In this document: piece after piece, positions 39,301-57,300 of the stretch
How the letters are laid out: each line of letters opens with the position of its first letter
Position numbering within the stretch: the first letter of the stretch is position 1
Assembly (NCBI GenBank): GCA_964016885.1
Contig: OZ024740.1
Coordinates: 402,380,001 to 402,444,000, forward strand
Source of the DNA: Eledone cirrhosa
Lineage: Eukaryota
DNA length: 64,000 bases
Reading direction: 5' to 3'
Position numbers and translations under genes: made by a program
The notes under the pieces: generated by a model
What the model was told of the DNA's origin: nothing
Seen by the model: only the letters and a program-made list of their open reading frames with translations
Database searches by the model: none

Positions 39301-42300
39301 GACCACAACCACCACAAACATCATCACGACAACGACGACCACAACCACCACAAACATCATCACGACAACGACGACCACCACCACCACAAACATCACCACG
39401 ACAACGACGACGACCAGAACCACCACAAACATCATCACGACAACGACGACCACAACGACCACAAACATCATCACGACGACGACGACCACAACGACCACAA
39501 ACATCATCACGACAACGACGACCACAACCACCACAAACATCATCACGACAACGACGACCACAACCACCACAAACATCATCACGACAACAACGACGACCAC
39601 AACCACCACAAACATCATCACGACAACGACGACGACCACAACCACCACAAACATCATCACGACAACGACGACCACAACGACCACAAACATCATCACGACG
39701 ACGACGACCACAACGACCACAAACATCATCACGACAACGACGACCACAACCACCACAAACATCATCACGACAACGACGACCACAACCACCACAAACATCA
39801 TCACGACAACGACGACGACCACAACCACCACAAACATCATCACGACAACGACGACGACCACAACCACCACAAACATCATCACGACAACGACGACCACAAC
39901 GACCACAACCACCACAAACATCATCACGACAACGACGACCACAACCACCACAAACATCATCACGACAACGACGACCACAACCACCACAAACATCATCACG
40001 ACAACGACGACCACCACCACCACAAACATCACCACGACAACGACGACGACCAGAACCACCACAAACATCATCACGACAACGACGACGACCACAACCACCA
40101 CAAACATCATCACGACAACGACGACGACCACAACCACCACAAACATCATCACGACAACAACGACGACCACAACCACCACAAACATCATCACGACAACGAC
40201 GACGACCAGAACCACCACAAACATCATCACGACAACGACGACGACCACAACCACCACAAACATCATCACGACAACGACGACGACCACAACCACCACAAAC
40301 ATCATCACGACAACAACGACGACCACAACCACCACAAACATCATCACGACAACGACGACGACCAGAACCACCACAAACATCATCACGACAACAACGACGA
40401 CCACAACCACCACAAACATCATCACGACAACGACGACGACCACAACCACCACAAACATCATCACGACAACAACGACGACCACAACCACCACAAACATCAT
40501 CACGACAACGACGACGACCAGAACCACCACAAACATCATCACGACAACGACGACCACCACAACCACCACAAACATCATCACGACAACGACGACGACCACA
40601 ACCACCACAAACATCATCACGACAACAACGACGACCACAACCACCACAAACATCATCACGACAACGACGACGACCACAACCACCACAAACATCATCACGA
40701 CAACGACGACGACCACAACCACCACAAACATCATCACGACAACAACGACGACCACAACCACCACAAACATCATCACGACAACGACGACGACCACAACCAC
40801 CACAAACATCATCACGACAACAACGACGACCACAACCACCACAAACATCATCACGACAACGACGACGACCAGAACCACCACAAACATCATCACGACAACA
40901 ACGACGACCACAACCACCACAAACATCATCACGACAACGACGACGACCACAACCACCACAAACATCATCACGACAACAACGACGACCACAACCACCACAA
41001 ACATCATCACGACAACGACGACGACCACAACCACCACAAACATCATCACGACAACGACGACGACCACAACCACCACAAACATCATCACGACAACAACGAC
41101 GACCACAACCACCACAAACATCATCACGACAACGACGACGACCAGAACCACCACAAACATCATCACGACAACGACGACGACCACAACCACCACAAACATC
41201 ATCACGACAACGACGACGACCAGAACCACCACAAACATCATCACGACAACAACGACGACCACAACCACCACAAACATCATCACGACAACGACGACGACCA
41301 GAACCACCACAAACATCATCACGACAACAACGACGACCACAACCACCACAAACATCATCACGACAACGACGACGACCACAACCACCACAAACATCATCAC
41401 GACAACGACGACGACCAGAACCACCACAAACATCATCACGACAACAACGACGACCAGAACCACCACAAACATCATCACGACAACGACGACGACCAGAACC
41501 ACCACAAACATCATCACGACAACAACGACGACCACAACCACCACAAACATCATCACGACAACGACGACGACCAGAACCACCACAAACATCATCACGACAA
41601 CGACGACGACCACAACCACCACAAACATCATCACGACAACGACGACGACCACAACCACCACAAACATCATCACGACAACGACGACCACAACCACCACAAA
41701 CATCATCACGACAACGACGACCACCACCACCACAAACATCACCACGACAACGACGACGACCAGAACCACCACAAACATCATCACGACAACGACGACGACC
41801 ACAACCACCACAAACATCATCACGACAACGACGACGACCAGAACCACCACAAACATCATCACGACAACAACGACGACCACAACCACCACAAACATCATCA
41901 CGACAACAACGACGACCACAACCACCACAAACATCATCACGACAACGACGACCACAACCACCACAAACATCATCACGACAACGACGACGACCACAACCAC
42001 CACAAACATCATCACGACAACGACGACGACCACAACCACCACAAACATCATCACGACAACGACGACGACCACAACCACCACAAACATCATCACGACAACG
42101 ACGACCAGAACCACCACAAACATCATCACGACAACGACGACGACCACAACCACCACAAACATCATCACGACAACGACGACGACCACAACCACCACAAACA
42201 TCATCACGACAACGACGACCACAACCACCACAAACATCATCACGACAACGACGACGACCACAACCACCACAAACATCATCACGACAACGACGACGACCAC

Positions 42301-45300
42301 AACCACCACAAACATCATCACGACAACGACGACCACAACCACCACAAACATCATCACGACAACGACGACGACCAGAACCACCACAAACATCATCACGACA
42401 ACGACGACGACCACAACCACCACAAACATCATCACGACAACGACGACGACCACAACCACCACAAACATCATCACGACAACGACGACCAGAACCACCACAA
42501 ACATCATCACGACAACGACGACGACCACAACCACCACAAACATCATCACGACAACGACGACGACCACAACCACCACAAACATCATCACGACAACGACGAC
42601 CACAACCACCACAAACATCATCACGACAACGACGACCACAACCACCACAAACATCAACACAACGACAACGACCACAACCACCACAAACATCAACACGACA
42701 ACGACGACGACCACAACCACCACAAACATCATCACGACAACGACGACCACAACCACCACAAACATCATCACGACAACGACGACCACAACCACCACAAACA
42801 TCATCACGACAACGACGACCACAACCACCACAAACATCAACACAACGACAACGACCACAACCACCACAAACATCAACACGACAACGACGACGACCACAAC
42901 CACCACAAACATCATCACGACAACGACGACCACAACCACCACAAACATCATCACGACAACGACGACCACAACCACCACAAACATCATCACGACAACGACG
43001 ACCACAACCACCACAAACATCAACACAACGACAACGACCACAACCACCACAAACATCAACACGACAACGACGACGACCACAACCACCACAAACATCATCA
43101 CGACAACGACGACCACAACCACCACAAACATCATCACGACAACGACGACCACAACCACCACAAACATCATCACGACGACAACGACCACAACCACCACAAA
43201 CATCATCACGACAACGACGACCACAACCACCACAAACATCATCACGACAACAACGACCACAACCACCACAAACATCATCACGACAACGACGACCACAACC
43301 ACTACAAACATCATCACGACAACGACGACCACAACCACCACAAACATCATCACGACAACGACGACCAGAACCACCACAAACATCAACACAACGACAACGA
43401 CCACAACCACCACAAACATCAACACGACAACGACGACGACCACAACCACCACAAACATCATCACGACAACGACGACCACAACCACCACAAACATCATCAC
43501 GACAACGACGACCACAACCACCACAAACATCATCACGACGACAACGACCACAACCACCACAAACATCATCACGACAACGACGACCACAACCACTACAAAC
43601 ATCATCACGACAACGACGACCACAACCACCACAAACATCAACACAACGACAACGACCACAACCACCACAAACATCAACACGACAACGACGACGACCAGAA
43701 CCACCACAAACATCAACACGACGACAACGACCACAACCACCACAAACATCATCACGACAACGACGACCACAACCACCACAAACATCATCACGACAACAAC
43801 GACCACAACCACCACAAACATCATCACGACAACGACGACCACAACCACCACAAACATCATCAAGACAACGACGACCACAACCACTACAAACATCATCACG
43901 ACAACGACGACCACAACCACCACAAACATCAACACAACGACAACGACCACAACCACCACAAACATCAACACGACAACGACGACGACCAGAACCACCACAA
44001 ACATCAACACGACGACAACGACCACAACCACCACAAACATCATCACGACAACGACGACCACAACCACCACAAACATCATCACGACAACAACGACCACAAC
44101 CACCACAAACATCATCACGACAACGACGACCACAACCACTACAAACATCATCACGACAACGACGACCACAACCACCACAAACATCAACACAACGACAACG
44201 ACCACAACCACCACAAACATCAACACGACAACGACGACGACCAGAACCACCACAAACATCAACACGACGACAACGACCACAACCACCACAAACATCAACA
44301 CGACAACGACGACGACCACAACCACCACAAACATCATCACGACTACGACGACCACAACCACCACAAACATCATCACGACGACAACGACCACAACCACCAC
44401 AAACATCATCACGACAACGACGACGACCAGAACCACCACAAACATCATCACGACGACAACGACCACAACCACCACAAACATCATCACGACAACGACGACC
44501 ACAACCACCACAAACATCATCACGACAACGACGACGACCAGAACCACCACAAACATCATCACGACGACAACGACCACAACCACCACAAACATCATCACGA
44601 CAACGACGACCACAACCACCACAAACATCATCAAGACAACGACGACCACAACCACTACAAACATCATCACGACAACGACGACCACAACCACCACAAACAT
44701 CAACACGACAACGACGACGACCACAACCACCACAAACATCATCACGACAACGACGACCAGAACCACCACAAACATCAACACGACGACAACGACCACAACC
44801 ACCACAAACATCAACACGACGACAACGACCACAACCACCACAAACATCATCACGACAACGACGACCACAACCACCACAAACATCAACACGACAACGACCA
44901 CAACCACCACAAACATCAACACGACGACAACGACCACAACCACCACAAACATCATCACGACAACGACGACCACAACCACCACAAACATCAACACGACAAC
45001 GACCACAACCACCACAAACATCATCACGACAACGACGACCACAACCACCACAAACATCATCACGACAACGACCACAACCACCACAAACATCAACACGACG
45101 ACAACGACCACAACCACCACAAACATCAACACGACGACAACGACCACAACCACCACAAACATCATCACGACAACGACGACCACAACCACCACAAACATCA
45201 ACACGACGACAACGACCACAACCACCACAAACATCATCACGACAACGACGACCACAACCACCACAAACATCAACACGACAACGACGACGACCACAACCAC

Positions 45301-48300
45301 CACAAACATCATCACGACAACGACGACCACAACCACCACAAACATCAACACGACAACGACGACGACCACAACCACCACAAACATCATCACGACAACGACG
45401 ACCAGAACCACCACAAACATCAACACGACGACAACGACCACAACCACCACAAACATCATCACGACAACGACGACCACAACCACCACAAACATCAACACGA
45501 CAACGACGACGACCACAACCACCACAAACATCATCACGACAACGACGACCACAACCACCACAAACATCAACACGACGACAACGACCACAACCACCACAAA
45601 CATCATCACGACAACAACGACCACAACCACCACAAACATCATCACGACGACAACGACCACAACCACCACAAACATCACCACGACAACGACGACCACAACC
45701 ACCACAAACATCAACACGACGACAACGACCACAACCACCACAAACATCATCACGACAACAACGACCACAACCACCACAAACATCAACACGACGACAACGA
45801 CCACAACCACCACAAACATCATCACGACAACGACGACGACCAGAACCACCACAAACATCATCACGACAACGACGACCACAACCACCACAAACATCATCAC
45901 GACAACGACGACCACAACCACCACAAACATCATCACGACGACAACGACCACAACCACCACAAACATCACCACGACAACGACGACCACAACCACCACAAAC
46001 ATCATCACGACAACGACGACGACCACAACCACCACAAACATCATCACGACAACGACGACCACAACCACCACAAACATCATCAGGACGACAACGACCACAA
46101 CCACCACAAACATCATCACGACAACAACGACCACAACCACCACAAACATCAACACGACAACGACAACGACCACAACCACCACAAACATCATCACGACAAC
46201 GACAACGACCACAACCACCACAAACATCATCACGACAACAACGACCACAACCACCACAAACATCAACACGACAACGACAACGACCACAACCACCACAAAC
46301 ATCATCACGACGACGACGACCACAACCACCACAAACATCATCACGACAACGACGACCACAACCACCACAAACATCATCACGACAACGACGACCACAACCA
46401 CCACAAACATCATCACGACAACGACGACGACCAGAACCACCACAAACATCATCACGACAACAACGACCACAACCACCACAAACATCATCACGACAACGAC
46501 AACGACCACAACCACCACAAACATCATCACGACGACGACGACCACAACCACCACAAACATCATCACGACAACGACGACCACAACCACCACAAACATCAAC
46601 ACGACAACGACAACGACCACAACCACCACAAACATCATCACGACAACAACGACCACAACCACCACAAACATCAACACGACAACGACAACGACCACAACCA
46701 CCACAAACATCATCACGACGACGACGACCACAACCACCACAAACATCATCACGACAACGACGACCACAACCACCACAAACATCATCACGACAACGACGAC
46801 CACAACCACCACAAACATCATCACGACAACGACGACGACCAGAACCACCACAAACATCATCACGACAACGACGACCACAACCACCACAAACATCATCACG
46901 ACGACAACGACCACAACTACCACAAACATCATCACGACGACAACGACCACAACCACCACAAACATCATCACGACAACGACGACCACAACCACCACAAACA
47001 TCATCAGGACAACGACGACCACAACCACTACAAACATCATCACGACGACAACGACCACAACCACCACAAACATCATCACGACGACAACGACCACAACCAC
47101 CACAAACATCATCAGGACAACGACGACCACAACCACCACAAACATCATCACGACGACAACGACCACAACCACCACAAACATCACCACGACAACGACGACC
47201 ACAACCACCACAAACATCATCACGACAACAACGACCACAACTACCACAAACATCATCACGACAACAACGACCACAACCACCACAAACATCATCACGACGA
47301 CAACGACCACAACCACCACAAACATCATCAGGACAACGACGACCACAACCACCACAAACATCATCACGACAACGACGACCACAACCACCACAAACATCAT
47401 CAGGACAACGACGACCACAACCACCACAAACATCATCACGACAACGACGACCACAACCACCACAAACATCATCACGACGACAACGACCACAACCACCACA
47501 AACATCATCACGACGACGACGACCACAACCACCACAAACATCATCACGACAACGACGACCACAACGACCACAACCACCACAAACATCATCACGACAACGA
47601 CGACCACAACCACCACAAACATCATCACGACAACGACAACCACAACGACCACAACCACCACAAACATCATCACGACAACGACGACCACAACGACCACAAC
47701 CACCACAAACATCATCACGACAACGACGACGACCAGAACCACCACAAACATCATCACGACAACGACGACCACAACGACCACAACCACCACAAACATCATC
47801 ACGACAACGACGACCACAACGACCACAACCACCACAAACATCATCACGACAACGACGACCACAACCACCACAAACATCATCACGACAACGACAACCACAA
47901 CGACCACAACCACCACAAACATCATCACGACAACGACGACGACCAGAACCACCACAAACATCATCAGGACAACGACGACCACAACCACCACAAACATCAT
48001 CACGATAACGACGACGACCACAACCACCACAAACATCATCAGGACAACGACGACCACAACCACCACAAACATCATCACGATAACGACGACGACCACAACC
48101 ACCACAAACATCATCAGGACAACGACGACCACAACCACCACAAACATCATCACGATAACGACGACGACCACAACCACCACAAACATCATCACGACAACGA
48201 CGACCACAACCACCACAAACATCATCACGATAACGACGACGACCACAACCACCACAAACATCATCAAGACAACGACGACCACAACCACCACAAACATCAT

Positions 48301-51300
48301 CAGGACAACGACGACCACAACCACCACAAACATCATCACGATAACGACGACGACCACAACCACCACAAACATCATCACGACAACGACGACCACAACCACC
48401 ACAAACATCATCAGGACAACGACGACCACAACCACCACAAACATCATCACGATAACGACGACGACAACCACCACAAACATCATCACGACAACGACGACGA
48501 CCACAACCACCACAAACATCATCACGACAACGACGACCACAAACCACCACAAACATCATCACGACGACAACGACCAGAACCACCACAAACATCATCACGA
48601 CAACGACGACCACACCACCACAAACATCATCACGACAACGACGACCACAACCACCACAAACATCATCACGACAACGACGACCACAACCACCACAAACATC
48701 ATCACGACGACGACGACCACAACCACCACAAACATCATCACGACAACGACGACCACAAACCACCACAAACATCATCACGACAACGACGACCACAACCACC
48801 ACAAACATCATCACGACAACGACGACCACAACCACCACAAACATCATCACGACAACGACGACCACAACCACCACAAACATCATCACGACAACGACGACCA
48901 CAACCACCACAAACATCATCACGACAACGACGACCACAACCACCACAAACATCATCACGACGACAACGACCACAACCACCACAAACATCATCACGACAAC
49001 GACGACCACAACCACCACAAACATCATCACGACAACGACGACCACAACCACCACAAACATCATCACGACAACGACGACCACAACCACCACAAACATCATC
49101 ACGACGACGACGACCACAACCACCACAAACATCATCACGACAACGACGACCACAAACCACCACAAACATCATCACGACAACGACGACCACAACCACCACA
49201 AACATCATCACGACAACGACGACCACAACCACCACAAACATCATCACGACAACGACGACCACAACCACCACAAACATCATCACGACAACGACGACCACAA
49301 CCACCACAAACATCATCACGACAACGACGACCACAACCACCACAAACATCATCACGACGACAACGACCACAACCACCACAAACATCATCACGACAACGAC
49401 GACGACCACAACCACCACAAACATCATCACGACAACGACGACCACAACCACCACAAACATCATCACGACAACAACGACCACGTCCACCACAAACATCATC
49501 ACGACAACAACGACCACGTCCACCACAAACATCATCACGACGACAACGACCACAACCACCACAAACATCATCACGACGACAACGACCACAACCACCACAA
49601 ACATCATCACGACAACAACGACCACGTCCACCACAAACATCATCACGACAACAACGACCACGTCCACCACAAACATCATCACGACGACAACGACCAGAAC
49701 CACCACAAACATCATCACGACAACAACGACCACAACCACCACAAACATCATCACGACAACGACGACCACAACCACCACAAACATCATCACGACGACGACG
49801 ACCACGTCCACCACAAACATCATCACGACGACAACGACCACAACCACCACAAACATCATCACGACAACGACGACGACCACAACCACCACAAACATCATCA
49901 CGACAACGACGACCACAACCACCACAAACATCATCACGACAACAACGACCACGTCCACCACAAACATCATCACGACAACAACGACCACGTCCACCACAAA
50001 CATCATCACGACGACAACGACCACAACCACCACAAACATCATCACGACAACAACGACCACGTCCACCACAAACATCATCACGACAACAACGACCACGTCC
50101 ACCACAAACATCATCACGACGACAACGACCACAACCACCACAAACATCATCACGACAACGACGACGACCAGAACCACCACAAACATCATCACGACAACAA
50201 CGACCACGTCCACCACAAACATCATCACGACGACAACGACCACAACCACCACAAACATCATCACGACAACGACGACGACCACAACCACCACAAACATCAT
50301 CACGACAACAACGACCACGTCCACCACAAACATCATCACGACAACAACGACCACGTCCACCACAAACATCATCACGACGACAACGACCACAACCACCACA
50401 AACATCATCACGACGACAACGACCACAACCACCACAAACATCATCACGACGACAACGACCACAACCACCACAAACATCATCACGACAACAACGACCACGT
50501 CCACCACAAACATCATCACGACAACAACGACCACGTCCACCACAAACATCATCACGACGACAACGACCACAACCACCACAAACATCATCACGACAACGAC
50601 GACCACAACCACCACAAACATCATCACGACAACAACGACCACAACCACCACAAACATCACCACGACAACGACGACCACAACCACCACAAACATCATCACG
50701 ACAACGACGACCACAACCACCATAAACATCATCACTACAACGACGACCACAACCACCACAAACATCATCACGACAACGACAACGACCACAACCACCACAA
50801 ACATCATCACAACAACGACGACCACAACGACCACAAACATCATCACGACGACGACGACCAAAACCACCACAAACATCAACACGACAACAACGACCACAAC
50901 CACCACAAACATCATCACGACAACGACGACCACAAACCACCACAAACATCATCACGACAACGACGACCAGAACCACCACAAACATCATCACGACGACGAC
51001 GACCACAACCACCACAAACATCATCAGGACAACGACGACCACAACGACCACAAACATCACCACGACAACGACGACCACAACCACCACAAACATCACCACG
51101 ACAACGACGACCACAACCACCACAAACATCATCACGACAACGACGACCACAACCACCACAAACATCATCACGACGACGACGACCAGAACCACCACAAACA
51201 TCATCACGACAACGACGACCACAACGACCACAAACATCACCACGACAACGACGACCACAACCACCACAAACATCACCACGACAACGACGACCACAACCAC

Positions 51301-54300
51301 CACAAACATCATCACGACGACGACGACCACAACCACCACAAACATCACCACGACAACGACGACCACAACCACCACAAACATCACCACGACAACAACGACC
51401 ACAACCACCACAAACATCATCACGACGACAACGAGCACAACCACCATAAACATCATCACGACGACGACGACCACAACCACAACAAACATCATCACGACGA
51501 CAACGACCACAACCACCACAAACATCATCACGACGACGACGACCACAACCACCACAAACATCATCACGACAACGACGACCACAACCACCACAAACATCAT
51601 CACGACGACGACGACCACAACCACCACAAACATCATCACGACGAAAACGACCACAACCACCACAAACATCATCACGACGACTACGACCACAACCACCACA
51701 AACATCATCACGACAACGACGACCACAACCACCACAAACATCAGCACGACAACGACGACCACAACCACCACAAACATCATCACGACGACAACGACCACAA
51801 CCACCACAAACATCATCACGACAACGACGACCACAACCACCACAAACATCACCACGACAACGACGACCACAACCACCACAAACATCATCACAACGACAAC
51901 GACCACAACCACCATAAACATCATCACGACGACGACGACCACAACCACCACAAACATCATCACGACGACAACGACCACAACCACCATAAACATCATCACG
52001 ACGACAACGACCACAACCACCACAAACATCATCACGACGACGACGACCACAACCACCACAAACATCATCAAGACAACGACGACCACAACCACCACAAACA
52101 TCACCACGACAACGACGACCACAACCACCACAAACATCATCACGACGACAACGACCACAACCACCACAAACATCATCACGACGACGACGACCACAACCAC
52201 CACAAACATCATCACGACAACGACGACCACAACCACCACAAACATCATCACGACAACGACGACCGCAACCACCACAAACATCATCACGACAACGACAACG
52301 ACCACAACCATCACAAACAGCATCACGACAACGACGACCACAACCACCACAAACATCATCACAACAATGACGACGACAACGACCACAACCACCACAAACA
52401 TCATCACCACAACGACGACCACAACCACCACAAACATCATCACGACAACGACGACCACAACCACCACAAACATCATCACGACAACGACGACGACCACAAC
52501 CACCACAAACATCATCACGACAACGACGACCACAACCACCACAAACATCATCACGACAACGACGACGACCACAACCACCACAAACATCATCACGACAACG
52601 ACGACGACCACAACCGCCACAAACATCATCACGATAACGACGACCACAACCACCACAAACATCATCACGACAACAACGACCACAACCACCACAAACATCA
52701 TCACCACAACGACGACCACAACCACCACAGACATCATCACGACAACGACAATGACGACAACCACCACAAACATCATCACGACAACGACGACCACAACCAC
52801 CACAAACATCATCACGACGACGACAACCACAACCACCACAAACATCATCACAAAAACGACGACCACAACCACCACAAACATCATCACGACAACGACAACG
52901 ACCACAACCACAACAAACATCATCACAACTACGACGACCACAACCACCACAAACATCATCACGACAACGACGACGACCACAACCACCACAAACATCATCA
53001 CGACAACGACGACCACAACCACCACAAACATCATCACGACAACGACGACGACCACAACCACCACAAACATCATCACGACAACGACGACGACCACAACCGC
53101 CACAAACATCATCACGATAACGACGACCACAACCACCACAAACATCATCACGACAACAACGACCACAACCACCACAAACATCATCACCACAACGACGACC
53201 ACAACCACCACAGACATCATCACGACAACGACAATGACGACAACCACCACAAACATCATCACGACAACGACGACCACAACCACCACAAACATCATCACGA
53301 CGACGACAACCACAACCACCACAAACATCATCACAAAAACGACGACCACAACCACCACAAACATCATCACGACAACGACAACGACCACAACCACAACAAA
53401 CATCATCACAACTACGACGACCACAACCACCACAAACATCATCACGACGACGACAACCACAACCACCACAAACATCATCACAAAAACGACGACCACAACC
53501 ACCACAAACATCATCACGACAACGACAACGACCACAACCACAACAAACATCATCACAACTACGACGACCACAACCACCACAAACATCATCACGACAACGA
53601 CAACGACCACAACCACAACAAACATCATCACGACAACGACGACCACAACCACCACAAAAATCATCACGACGACGACGACCACAACCACCACAAACATCAT
53701 CACGACAACGACGACCACAACCACCACAAACTTCATCACGACAACGACGCCACAACCACCACAAACATCATCACGACAACGACGACCACAACCACCACAA
53801 ACATCATCACGACAACGACAATGACCACAACCACCACAAACATCATCACGACAACGACGGCCACAACCACCACAAACATCATCACGACGACGACGACCAC
53901 AACCACCACAAACATCATCACGTCTACGACAACGACCACAACCACAACAAACATCATCACGACAACGACGACCAAAACCACCACAAACATCATCACGACA
54001 ACGACAACGACCACAACCACAACAAACATCATCACGACGACGACGACCACAACCACCACAAACATCATCACGACAACGACGACAACAACCACCACAAACA
54101 TCATCACGACAACGACGACCACAACCACCACAAACATCATCACGACAACGACGACGACCACAACCACCACAAACATCATCACCACAACGACGACCACAAC
54201 CACCACAAACATCATTACGCCAACGACAATGACCACAACCACCACAAACATCATCTCGACGACGACGACGACCACAACCACCACAAACATCATCACCACA

Positions 54301-57300
54301 ACGACGACCACAAACATCATCACGACAACGACGACGACCACAACCACCACAAACATCATCACGACGACGACGATGACCACAACCACCACAAACATCATCT
54401 CGACGACGACGACGACCACAACCACCACATACATCATCACCACAACGACGACCACAAACATCATCACGACAACGACTACGACCACAACCGCCACAAACAT
54501 CATCACGACAACAACGACCACAACCACCACAAACATCATCACGACAACAACGACGACCACAAACACCACAAACATCATCACGATAACGACGACCACAACC
54601 ACCACAAACATCATCACGACAACAACGACCACAAGCACCACAAACATCATCACGACAACAACGACCACAACCACCACAAACATCATCACGACAACAACGC
54701 CCACGAGCACCACAAACATCATCACGACGACAACGACCACAACCACCACAAACATCATCACGACAACGACGTCCACAACCACCACAAACATCATCACGAC
54801 GACAACGACCACAACCACCACAAACATCATCACGACAACAACGACCACAACCACCACAAACATCATCACGACAACGACGACGACCACAACCACTACAAAC
54901 ATCATAACGACGACAACGACCACAACCACCACAAACATCATCACGATGACGACGACCACAACCACCACAAACATCATCACGACGACAACGACCACAACCA
55001 CCACAAACATCATCACGACAACAACGACCACAACCACCACAAACATCATCACGACAACAACGACCACAACCACAACAAACATCATCACGACAACGACGAC
55101 CACAACCACCTCAAACATCATCACGACAATGATGACCACAACCACCATAAACATCATCACGACAACAACGACCACAACCACAACAAACATCATCACGACA
55201 ACGACAACGACCACAACCACCACAAACATCATCACGACGACGACGACCACAACCACTACAAACATCATCACGACAACGACGACCAAAACCACCACAAACA
55301 TCATCACGACAACGACAACGACCACAACCACAACAAACATCATCACGACGACGACGACCACAATCACCACAAACATCATCACGACAACGACGACAACAAC
55401 CACCACAAACATCATCACGACAACGACGACCACAACCACCACAAACATCATCACGACAACGACGACGACCACAACCACCACAAACATCATCACCACAACG
55501 ACGACCACAACCACCACAAACATCATTACGACAACGACAATGACCACAACCACCACAAACATCATCACCACAACGACGACCACAAACATCATCACGACAA
55601 CGATGACGACCACAACCACCACAAACATCATCACGACGACGACGATTACCACAACCACCACAAACATCATCTCGACGACGACGACGACCACAACCACCAC
55701 ATACATCATCACCACAACGACGACCACAAACATCATCACGACAACGACGACGACCACAACCGCCATAAACATCATCACGACAACAACGACCACAACCACC
55801 ACAAACATCATCACGACAACAACGACGACCACAAACACCACAAACATCATCACGATAACGACGACGACAACCACCACAAACATCATCACGACAACAACGA
55901 CCACAAGCACCACAAACATCATCACGACGACAACGACCACAACCACCACAAACATCATCACGACAACAACAACCACAACCACCACAAACATCATCACGAC
56001 AACAACGACCACAACCACCACAAACATCATCACGACAACAACGACCACAACGACCACAAACATCATCACGACGACAACGACCACAACCACCACAAACATC
56101 ATCACGACAACGACGACGACCACAACCACCACAAACATCATCACGACAACAACGACCACAAGCACCACAAACATCATCACGACAACAACGACCACAACCA
56201 CCACAAACATCATCACGACAACAACGACCACGACCACCACAAACATCATCACGACGACAACGACCACAACGACCACAAACATCATCACGACAACGACGTC
56301 CACAACCACCACAAACATCATCACGACGACAACGACCACAACCACCACAAACATCATCACGACAACAACGACCACAACCACCACAAACATCATCACGACA
56401 ACGACGACGACCACAACCACTACAAACATCATAACGACGACAACGACCACAACCACCACAAACATCATCACGATGACGACGACCTCAACCACCACAAACA
56501 TCATCACGACGACAACGACCACAACCACCACAAACATCATCACGACAACAACGACCACAACCACCACAAACATCATCACGACAACAACGACCACAACCAC
56601 AACAAACATCATCACGACAACGACGACCACAACCACCTCAAACATCATCACGACAATGATGACCACAACCACCACAAACATCATCACGACAACAACGACC
56701 ACAACCACAACAAACATCATCACGACAACGACAACGACCACAACCACCACAAACATCATCACGACGACGACGACCACAACCACTACAAACATCATCACGA
56801 CAACGACAACGACCACAACCACCACAAACATCATCACGACGAGGACGACCACAACCACCACAAACATCATCACGACAACGACAACGACCACAACCACCAC
56901 AAACATCATCACGACAACAACGACCACAACCACCACAAACATCATCACGACAACGACAACGACCACAACCACCACAAACATCATCACGACGACGACGACC
57001 ACAACCACCACAAACATCATCACGACAACGACGACCAGACCCACCACAAACATCATCACGACAACGACGACCAATACCACCACAAACATCATCACCACAA
57101 CGACGACCACAAACATCATCACGACAACGACGACGACCACAACCACCACAAACATCATCACGACGACGACGATGACCACAACCACCACAAACATCATCTC
57201 GACGACGACGACGACCACAACCACCACAAACATCATCACGACAACGACGACCACAACCACCACAAACATCATCACGACAACGACGACCACAACCACCACA

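Noticed and set aside
33992-50725. 5577-aa ORF and the overlapping multi-kb poly-Val and Cys/Arg ORFs
   Set aside because: The monomer lacks stops in most frames. The ORF drifts through all three reading phases at frameshifts, so its length is not evidence of a gene.
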